From Coprothermobacterota bacterium (lineage in GTDB: Bacteria; Caldisericota; JANLFM01): 62,760 bases of DNA. The notes below the pieces were generated by a model, which was not told where the DNA came from, did not search any database, and saw nothing but the letters and a program-made list of their open reading frames with translations. Shown here in pieces: positions 19,789 through 27,267 of this stretch (positions are counted from its first letter, which is position 1; every line of letters starts with the position of its first letter). Both the position numbers and the translations under genes were made by a program. The DNA is taken from assembly GCA_026389455.1 (NCBI GenBank), contig JAPLHV010000034.1:1-62760 (forward strand). The letters run 5' to 3'.

Positions 19789-20442
19789 ATGAACAATGCG
19801 GCCTGGCAGGATTTTGAAGTGGCCCTGCTGGCGATGGATCGGATTCGCGCACGCGCTCTTTTGCGGACGGAGCGCCTAGAGGAAGCAGTAGTATCTTCCC
19901 TGGAGTCACTGGTAATTCCTTCCCTGGAGCAGATTGGAATTCGTTGGGAGGCCGGGGAAATTTCCCTGGCCCAAGTCTATATGGCCGGACGGATCGCGGA
20001 GGAGTTGGTTGATGAGTTCCTCCCCCCGATGAGCCCACAGCGCACCGACCAACCCAAGATAGCCATCGCTGTGTTGGAGGATTGCCATGCTCTGGGAAAA
20101 CGCATCGTGATCTCCGCTCTGCGAGCAAGTGGATACGAATTGACCGATTTCGGGCATGGTTTGACGGCCGTCGATCTGGCGCGCCGTGTCAAGCGGGAGG
20201 GAGTGCAGATTCTCTTGATTTCGGTACTGATGCTGCATTCAGCCTTGCGCGTGGCCGAACTTCGTAAACTGCTGGGCGACTCCGGCGACTGTGCTGGCTG
20301 GCTCCCGCCCCGATTGATTGTCGGCGGGGCGCCCTTTCTTTTTGACAGCCGGCTCTGGCGCGATGTGGGGGCTGACGCCATGGGACGAAATGCGGCAGAA
20401 GCGGTTTCTCTGGTCAAAGAGGCTGTGGAGGAGCAGAAATGA
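19789..20442 (+). CDS. Corrinoid (B12-binding) protein with cap domain
   Basis: Helical cap, DxHxxG (DCHALG), SVLM, VGGAPF. Confidence 0.9.
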   Translation: MNNAAWQDFEVALLAMDRIRARALLRTERLEEAVVSSLESLVIPSLEQIGIRWEAGEISLAQVYMAGRIAEELVDEFLPPMSPQRTDQPKIAIAVLEDCHALGKRIVISALRASGYELTDFGHGLTAVDLARRVKREGVQILLISVLMLHSALRVAELRKLLGDSGDCAGWLPPRLIVGGAPFLFDSRLWRDVGADAMGRNAAEAVSLVKEAVEEQK

Positions 20443-21494
20443 GCAGCGCAATGACACCTTTACAGCGTGTCTTGACCGCTCTCGGCCACCAGGAAGCGGA
20501 CCGTGTGCCCTTTTTCCTGTTCCTCAGTCTGCATGGCGCAAGAGAACTGGGGATGCCCTTGCGTCAGTATTTCTCACGGGGAGAGAACGTGGCAGAAGCG
20601 CAGTTGCGCATGCAAAACCGTTACGGACACGATTGTCTGGACGGATTTTTCTATGCTCCGGCCGAGATCGAGGCCTGGGGAGGGGAAGTGGTTTGGTTCG
20701 AGGACGGGCCACCCAACTCGGCGACCCCCTTCCTCTCTGACGTAAGAGCTATCGCCGGCTTGAAACCTCCGCGCGTGGAAGAGACGCCCGTCCTGGTCGA
20801 AGCGCTGAAAGCCATCTCCTTGATGAAAGAACAGTCGTCTCTTATCCCAATCCTTGGGGTAGCGATTTCGCCCTTCTCCCTGCCGGTCATGCAAATGGGC
20901 TTCGAGGCTTACCTGCAGTTGATCCTTGAGCAGCCCGAGGCATTCTGGCAGTTGATGCGCGTCAACGAGGAGTGGTGCGTGTCTTGGGCAAACGCCCAGC
21001 TCTCCGCCGGCGCCACGGCCATCGCCTATTTCGACCCGGTCTCATCGCCGACTGTGATCCCGCCGGATCTGTACCGAAAAACCGGCTTCCTGGTCGCCTG
21101 CCGCACCCTGCCGCGGATCCTCGGACCCACCGTTACTCATCTGGCCTCGGGACGGGCCCTTCCCATCCTGGATGACCTGGCCGCAACAGGGACGGCTGGA
21201 GTGGGGGTAAGCGCGCTGGAGGATCTGGCCGAATTGAAACGGGTTGCTTCCGGAAAACTGGCTCTCCTGGGGAACTTGAACGGGATCCAGATGCGCCACT
21301 GGACGGCGGCTGACGCTGAGCGCGAGGTGAAGCAAGCCATCGCCAAGGCGGGGAAGGGGGGCGGCTTCATCCTGGCGGACAACCACGGGGAGATCCCTTG
21401 GCAGGTTAGCGAGGGAACGCTCTCCGCCATCGCCGATACCGTTCGACGATGGGGTCATTACCCCCTGGATTGGATCGATGAGTCCCTCACCTAA
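20439..21494 (+). CDS. Uroporphyrinogen decarboxylase/MtaA-CmuA fold protein
   Basis: ERV...DRVP-type N-terminus, AEIEAWG, YFDPVSS, LLGNLNG, GGGFIL. Confidence 0.85.
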   Translation: MSSAMTPLQRVLTALGHQEADRVPFFLFLSLHGARELGMPLRQYFSRGENVAEAQLRMQNRYGHDCLDGFFYAPAEIEAWGGEVVWFEDGPPNSATPFLSDVRAIAGLKPPRVEETPVLVEALKAISLMKEQSSLIPILGVAISPFSLPVMQMGFEAYLQLILEQPEAFWQLMRVNEEWCVSWANAQLSAGATAIAYFDPVSSPTVIPPDLYRKTGFLVACRTLPRILGPTVTHLASGRALPILDDLAATGTAGVGVSALEDLAELKRVASGKLALLGNLNGIQMRHWTAADAEREVKQAIAKAGKGGGFILADNHGEIPWQVSEGTLSAIADTVRRWGHYPLDWIDESLT

Positions 21495-23451
21495 GCTCTG
21501 CCTGGTCTTCTGCCGTAATCTAGCTCCGGAGGTGAAGGCTGTCCTGGCCGATGGCGCCTTCCCCGACGTAGAGATGGCCACCTTCCCGGCCCGCTGCACT
21601 GGACGCATGAGGAAAGAAGCGCTGGAGCTGTTCTTCAAAGAGCTATCCACACGCTATGACCGGTTGGAGATATTCGGTGGACCTTGTCTGACCATACAAG
21701 AACAGACTTGTCGCCAGATCGGGAATTGCGCCTTGCACATCTTTCAGCCATGCTGCCATCCGCTCTTGGAGCAAAACCACTTGGAAGAGTTTCTTCGAGA
21801 AGGGGCTTACCTGCTGACTCCCGGATGGATTCTGCACTGGCGCGAATACCTGGAGGAGTGGGGCTTCGACCAGGCTACAGCACGATCCTTCTTCGGCGAA
21901 TTCTGCCGTACGCTCCTGCTTCTGGATACCAACGTCTGGCCGCAAGCAGCAGAACAGCTCCAACAACTGGGCGAATATCTGGACTTGCCTACCAAACGAG
22001 TGTCCTTGGGTTTGGATTTCTTTCGTCTTTTCATCTCCCGGATCGTGCTAGAATGGCGCATGGAAAAAGAAAATCGCAGCTCAAAGGATTCGCTGAGCCA
22101 AGACCCCTCCGGCGACCCCGGGCGGCAATCGGCGGAGTACGGGATGGCCTTGGATCTGTTGGGCCGGCTAACCAAGACCGTAGACGAGGAAAGCGTTATC
22201 GAGGGGATCTTGGAGCTCTTCACCCTGCTCTTCGCTCCGGCTCGATTGACCTATCTCCCCATCCAGGAGGGAAAAGCGGGAACGGCGATCAGTCGCCCAC
22301 CTGTCGAGGAGTCGGAGTTCCCCACTTTGATGGCCTTCCATCGTTCCGGAGAAGAATACGCCTGGAACGAGGAGAGGGACGGCTTCCACTTGAGGATGGG
22401 GGAGGCGGGGACAATCGGCGTTCTGGAAGCAGCCCGTTTTGCTTTCCCCCAAATGGGTGATCGCTATCTGAACCTTGCGCTGCTAGTAGCCCGCGTCTCC
22501 AGCCTGGCCATCGCCAACGCCCGCGCCTTCCGCCGGCTGGAGGAAGCCAAGGAGAGCCTCAGTCGCACCACCGCCCAATTGGAGGGAATCTTCCAGGCGA
22601 TGCCGGATCTCTTCTTCCTGCTGGAAGCGGATGGAACCATTCGCGATTGGAAGGCAGGATCCCAGACGGAGCTGGGGAAGCCGGAGGCGTTCCTCCCCGC
22701 GGAAAGCCTTCTGGGGAACAAGCTGCAGCATCTCCTCCCGCTCCAATTTCGAGCAGCCTGCTTGAACTCTCTCCAGCAGGCCTCCACCAGGGAAGAAGTG
22801 ACAGCCTTCGAGTTTTCCCTCTTGCAGGCTCAGGACGAGCGTTCTTTTGAGGCTCGCATGGCGCCAATGGCAGGAGGCTTGGTGATCTGCTGCATCGTCC
22901 GCGATATCACGGAACGGAAGCGGATGGAAGAGAAGATCTTGACCCTCTCCATCACCGACGAGTTGACGGGGCTGCTCAACCGTCGCGGTTTCCTGACCAT
23001 GGCTACCCAGCAACTGAAGATCGCCAAACGGACGAAAAACCGTCTCTGGTTGATCTTCGCCGACTTGGACGAGTTGAAGTGGATCAATGACCACTTGGGG
23101 CATGAAGCGGGTGACCGGGCGATCCAGCAGATCAGCATCCTCCTGAAAGAGACTTACCGGGAAGCGGATATCTTCGCCCGCATCGGAGGGGATGAGTTCG
23201 TCGTGCTGGCCACCGAGATCTCGCCGGCAAGTGCGGCTAACCTGGTCAGCCGTTTTGCAGGGAGCGTGCGCCAATGGAACAAGCAAAGTGAGGAACCCTT
23301 CACCCTCGACCTCAGCTTGGGGGTTTCCCTCTTCAACCCCGCTTTTCCGGTGAGCCTGGATGAGCTGATGCGCCAAGCCGACGATGGCATGTACCAGCAA
23401 AAACGCCTCAAGAAAGCGGTAAAAGAACGCTTGGAAAAAACAGAAGGGTAG
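21478..23451 (+). CDS. Diguanylate cyclase: DUF1638-like N-terminus, GAF-like, PAS and GGDEF domains
   Basis: YLLTPGW...WGFD...LLLLDT segment; DELTGLLNRRG, DLDELKWIND, GHEAGD, RxxD I-site (READ), GGDEF. Confidence 0.88.
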   Translation: MSPSPKLCLVFCRNLAPEVKAVLADGAFPDVEMATFPARCTGRMRKEALELFFKELSTRYDRLEIFGGPCLTIQEQTCRQIGNCALHIFQPCCHPLLEQNHLEEFLREGAYLLTPGWILHWREYLEEWGFDQATARSFFGEFCRTLLLLDTNVWPQAAEQLQQLGEYLDLPTKRVSLGLDFFRLFISRIVLEWRMEKENRSSKDSLSQDPSGDPGRQSAEYGMALDLLGRLTKTVDEESVIEGILELFTLLFAPARLTYLPIQEGKAGTAISRPPVEESEFPTLMAFHRSGEEYAWNEERDGFHLRMGEAGTIGVLEAARFAFPQMGDRYLNLALLVARVSSLAIANARAFRRLEEAKESLSRTTAQLEGIFQAMPDLFFLLEADGTIRDWKAGSQTELGKPEAFLPAESLLGNKLQHLLPLQFRAACLNSLQQASTREEVTAFEFSLLQAQDERSFEARMAPMAGGLVICCIVRDITERKRMEEKILTLSITDELTGLLNRRGFLTMATQQLKIAKRTKNRLWLIFADLDELKWINDHLGHEAGDRAIQQISILLKETYREADIFARIGGDEFVVLATEISPASAANLVSRFAGSVRQWNKQSEEPFTLDLSLGVSLFNPAFPVSLDELMRQADDGMYQQKRLKKAVKERLEKTEG

Positions 23452-23492
23452 GGGTTTGGGGACAGATTTTAAATCTGTCCCCAAACCCCTAC
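23448..23492. repeat. 45-bp perfect palindrome (GTAG termini enclosing the GGGGACAGATTT core)
   Basis: gtaggggtttggggacagattt-t-aaatctgtccccaaacccctac; contains the DGC stop codon. Confidence 0.92.
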
Positions 23493-23617
23493 GGCAGGCG
23501 CGGGGGTGACGGTGGGTGTGACAAGGGGCAGGTGGGAGTTTCGTTCCGCAGAGCAGTCAGCCGAGTGAAACGCTTTGTGTTGTGGGATCCCCGGTGAATC
23601 GCTGTTTGTGCGATTCA

Positions 23618-23651
23618 TTGACCTCCGGTCTATCCGGGGGTAAACTAGAAT
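23618..23651 (+). promoter_or_regulatory. Sigma70-type promoter of dnaE
   Basis: TTGACC-N17-TAAACT; alternative -10 TAGAAT 7 nt before the GTG. Confidence 0.6.
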
Positions 23652-23658
23652 AACCGCC

Positions 23659-26600
23659 GTGGGCTTCGTTCACCTGCACGTTCACTCCGAGTTCAGTCTT
23701 CTAGACGGGCTCTCGCGCATCGACGACTTGGTCGAGCGAGCCAAGGCCTTGGGCATGCCTGCTGTCGCTCTCACCGACCACGGCTCGATGCATGGAGTGA
23801 TTCCCTTCTACAGGAAGGCCAAAGAGTCCGGGATCAAACCGATTATCGGCTGTGAGGTCTATGTAGCGCCCCGGACCCGCTTCGACAAGGAAGGGAAACA
23901 GGATCAGCCCTACCACCTGCTGCTCCTGGCCAAGGATCTCACCGGCTATCGCAATCTCCTGAAGTTGGTCAGCCTGGCTCATCTAGAGGGCTTCTACTAC
24001 AAGCCGCGCGTCGATCACGACGCGCTTAAAGCTCACGCGGAGGGTCTGATCGCCCTTTCCGCCTGCCTGAAAGGGGAGATCCCCAGGAACTTGCTGCAGG
24101 GAAACGCCGAACGCGCCGAGGAGATCGCCCGCTTCTATCTGGAGATCTTCGGTCGTGGAAATTTCTACTTCGAAGTGATGAACCATAAGCTGCCCGACGA
24201 GAAGGTCTACTTCGACCAGATGGCCGACCTGGCTCGCCGCTTGGGGATCCCTCTGGTGGCCACCAACGACTCGCATTACATGGCCGAGACCGACTACCGC
24301 ACCCACGAGATCCTTCTCTGCGTGGGTACCGGCAAAGCGCTAGAGGACGCCAACCGCCTCTCTTTCGTGAACAATGAGTTCTACTTCAAGACCGAAGAGG
24401 AGATGCGGCAGGCCGTCCCACTGCCGGAGGCTTTGGCCATCACCGAGGAGATCGCCGATCGGTGCAACCTAGAGCTGCAGTTCGGGCGCTTTCACTTGCC
24501 CAACTTCCCTACTCCTCCCGGTGAGACGCTCGACTCCTTCCTCACCGGTCAAGTAGAGGAGGGGCTTCGCCGCCGTTTTCCAGAGGTCTCTCCGGCCCAG
24601 CGAGAGCGCGTCGATTTTGAGTTGAACACCATCCGGCAGATGGGCTTCGCTGGTTACTTCCTGATCGTCTGGGATCTGATCCGCCACGCCAAGAAGTCGG
24701 GGATCTCGGTCGGCCCGGGTCGCGGGTCAGTGTGCGGCTCACTGGTAGCTTATGCCTTGGACATTACCGAGATCGACCCCCTCCGATACGACCTTTACTT
24801 CGAGCGCTTCCTCAATCCGGAGCGGATCTCGATGCCGGATGTGGACACCGATTTTGCCTCGGAGCGACGGGAAGAGGTGATCGAATACATCAAGGGGAAA
24901 TACGGCGCGGACTGCGTCGCTCAGATCGTCACCTTTGGGACGATGGCCGCCCGGGCAGCCATTCGCGACACCGGCCGGGTATTGAAGGCGCCTCTTTGGC
25001 AGGTCGACAAGATCGCCAAAATGATCCCCTTCGGTTCTTCCCTAGCCGAGGCCCTCACCACCGTCCCCGAGCTGCGAGAGGCGGTCGACGCCGACCCCAA
25101 GGTATCCGACCTGCTGCAGTCGGCCCGCGGCTTGGAGGGGATCTCTCGCCACGCCTCGACCCATGCCGCTGGGGTAGTGATCTCAGCCGAGCCGTTGAAC
25201 AACTACGTGCCCCTCATGCTGGGCGCCGATGGGATCGTCACTACCCAATTCGCCATGACCGAGATCGAGAAGATCGGTCTTCTGAAACTCGATATCCTCG
25301 GCCTCTCCACCCTCAGTATGATGGATGGCGCTTTAGCTTTGATCGAAAGGCGCTGGGGGAGGCGCATCGACTGGGCCGAGACGCCTCTCGACGATGCCGT
25401 CACCTTCGCGATGCTGCAAGGGGCGGAAACCTCCGGGGTGTTCCAGTTGGAGTCTCGTGGGATGCGTTCGATCCTGAAGAACCTGAAGCCGACTTGCGTG
25501 GAGGATATCATCGCCATCGTCGCCCTCTATCGCCCCGGCCCGATGGCCATGATCGACGACTTCATCCGTCGCAAGCAGGCACAGGTGCCGATCGACTATC
25601 TGCACCCGTCTTTGGAGCCGGTCCTCAAGCAAACCTACGGCACCATCGTCTATCAGGAGCAGGTCATGCAAATCTGCGCCGTCATGGCCGGATACACCCT
25701 GGCTGAAGCCGACTTGGTGCGAAAAGCGATGGGCAAGAAGGACCAGGCCATGATGGATCAGCAGCGACCGGCCTTCATCGCCCGGTCCATCGAGCGGGGG
25801 GTGGACAAGGATCTAGCAGGGAAGGTTTTCGACTTCATGGCCGAATTTGCCAAATATGGGTTTAACAAAGCCCACGCCACCGCCTATGGGGTTTTGGCTT
25901 ACCGCACCGCCTACCTGAAAGCACACTACCCGCAGGAATTCATGGCCGCTTTGCTCACCTCAGTTCGGGCCGACGACGAGAAAGTGCGCCAGTATGTGGA
26001 GGAATGCCGCCACTTCGGCCTCAAAGTGCTGCCTCCCAACCTCAACCAGGGTGAGCTGGGATTCACGCCCGCGACAGCGAGTCAGCCCGCGACAGCGAGT
26101 CAGCCCCCGGCAGGGTGTTCCGCCCAGCAGGAGGAGATCTACTTCGGCCTGGCGGCGATCAAGAACGTGGGTGGGGGAGCAGTAAACCTGATCGTCGAGG
26201 AACGCCGAAAGAACGGGCTGTTCCGCTCCTTCTCAGATTTTCAGGAACGCGTTGTCTCCCATCTGGTGACCAAGAAGACAGTAGAGAGCTTGATTAAAGC
26301 AGGCGCTTTCGACTTCGGCGGTCGTGGCCGATCCGAGCTGCTGGGCAACCTGGAGCGCAGTGCCGGCTCTTCCCGGCGTTCCAGCCGGAAGGAACAAACC
26401 GGCCTTTTCGGGGAGTCTTCACCCGGTGAACGCACACCGGGGGGGGAAGACAGCTACGCCCAGGGTAGTCCTGCAATCAGTCGAAGCGAAGGGAAGACTT
26501 CCGAGGGGGAAATCCTAGCCATGGAGAAGGAAGTGTTGGGCTTCTACATCTCCAACCACCCGCTGGCCCGCTACCAGGAACAACTGGCTAAGCTGAACCT

Positions 26601-27156
26601 GACCCCGCTGGCTGGCCTGGGCGAATGCGCCGAGGGAGAACAGGTGATGGTGGGGGGGCTGATCGCCGCCAGCAAGCTGCATACTGCCAAGAACGGTGCG
26701 CAGATGATCTTCCTTACCCTGGAAGACCTGGGCGCCACAGTGGAAGTCACCGTGCTGCCCAAACTCTACAAGGACTTCGCCGGGGTGGTAGGAAAAGAGG
26801 GGGTTCTGGTGCTGCGGGCCAAGGTCAATTTGGGCGAAGACCGGGTGAAGTTGCTGGCTGAGCATTTCCAAGAGTTCCTGGAACGCGAGGCTCTGGAGAT
26901 GCGCAAACAGTCCGATGCCAAGAAGGAAGTCTTCCTCTACCTGGTCATCCCGCACGACGCCACGCCGGATGCCTTGCTGGCGGTGAAGAAGGAATTGGAG
27001 AGCTTCCCCGGGCAGTGCCCGGTGACCCTGCACCTGCGCCTCAACGGGCGAAAGGTGGTAATGGCCCCCTCGCGCAAGTTCTGGGTGCGCAACGACCCGC
27101 GTTTGCTGGTTCGCTTGCGCAAGATCCTGGGGGATGAAAACGTCCAGATCTCCTGA
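23659..27156 (+). CDS. dnaE: DNA polymerase III alpha subunit
   Basis: HLHVHSEFSLLDG PHP domain, GRGS, MPDVDTD, KLDILGL, YGFNKAH, OB fold. Confidence 0.98.
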   Translation: MGFVHLHVHSEFSLLDGLSRIDDLVERAKALGMPAVALTDHGSMHGVIPFYRKAKESGIKPIIGCEVYVAPRTRFDKEGKQDQPYHLLLLAKDLTGYRNLLKLVSLAHLEGFYYKPRVDHDALKAHAEGLIALSACLKGEIPRNLLQGNAERAEEIARFYLEIFGRGNFYFEVMNHKLPDEKVYFDQMADLARRLGIPLVATNDSHYMAETDYRTHEILLCVGTGKALEDANRLSFVNNEFYFKTEEEMRQAVPLPEALAITEEIADRCNLELQFGRFHLPNFPTPPGETLDSFLTGQVEEGLRRRFPEVSPAQRERVDFELNTIRQMGFAGYFLIVWDLIRHAKKSGISVGPGRGSVCGSLVAYALDITEIDPLRYDLYFERFLNPERISMPDVDTDFASERREEVIEYIKGKYGADCVAQIVTFGTMAARAAIRDTGRVLKAPLWQVDKIAKMIPFGSSLAEALTTVPELREAVDADPKVSDLLQSARGLEGISRHASTHAAGVVISAEPLNNYVPLMLGADGIVTTQFAMTEIEKIGLLKLDILGLSTLSMMDGALALIERRWGRRIDWAETPLDDAVTFAMLQGAETSGVFQLESRGMRSILKNLKPTCVEDIIAIVALYRPGPMAMIDDFIRRKQAQVPIDYLHPSLEPVLKQTYGTIVYQEQVMQICAVMAGYTLAEADLVRKAMGKKDQAMMDQQRPAFIARSIERGVDKDLAGKVFDFMAEFAKYGFNKAHATAYGVLAYRTAYLKAHYPQEFMAALLTSVRADDEKVRQYVEECRHFGLKVLPPNLNQGELGFTPATASQPATASQPPAGCSAQQEEIYFGLAAIKNVGGGAVNLIVEERRKNGLFRSFSDFQERVVSHLVTKKTVESLIKAGAFDFGGRGRSELLGNLERSAGSSRRSSRKEQTGLFGESSPGERTPGGEDSYAQGSPAISRSEGKTSEGEILAMEKEVLGFYISNHPLARYQEQLAKLNLTPLAGLGECAEGEQVMVGGLIAASKLHTAKNGAQMIFLTLEDLGATVEVTVLPKLYKDFAGVVGKEGVLVLRAKVNLGEDRVKLLAEHFQEFLEREALEMRKQSDAKKEVFLYLVIPHDATPDALLAVKKELESFPGQCPVTLHLRLNGRKVVMAPSRKFWVRNDPRLLVRLRKILGDENVQIS
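26068..26120. repeat. In-frame 18-bp tandem plus motif anchor inside dnaE
   Basis: cccgcgacagcgagtcag x2, then cccccggcagggtgttc (PATASQPATASQPPAGCS). Confidence 0.85.
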
Positions 27157-27174
27157 GGGAGAAACCAGCTTCTG

Positions 27175-27260
27175 GGGACAGATTTCCGGACCGTTAATGG
27201 CGCTGTTATTGGGGACAGATTTTAAATCTGTCCCCAATAACAATGCTGCCGCAGACTATC
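27175..27260. repeat. Composite: half-site, 39-bp perfect palindrome (27204-27242), 18-bp motif
   Basis: ggggacagatttc...; tgttattggggacagattt-t-aaatctgtccccaataaca; gctgccgcagactatc. Confidence 0.88.
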
Positions 27261-27267
27261 AATTAAG

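Noticed and set aside
19789-21494. Pyrrolysine or selenocysteine read-through in the methyltransferase module
   Set aside because: Both ORFs are uninterrupted and full length; no in-frame TAG or TGA.
26040-26520. Intein in dnaE
   Set aside because: Total length is normal, the inserts are short and there are no Cys/Ser...His-Asn splice motifs.
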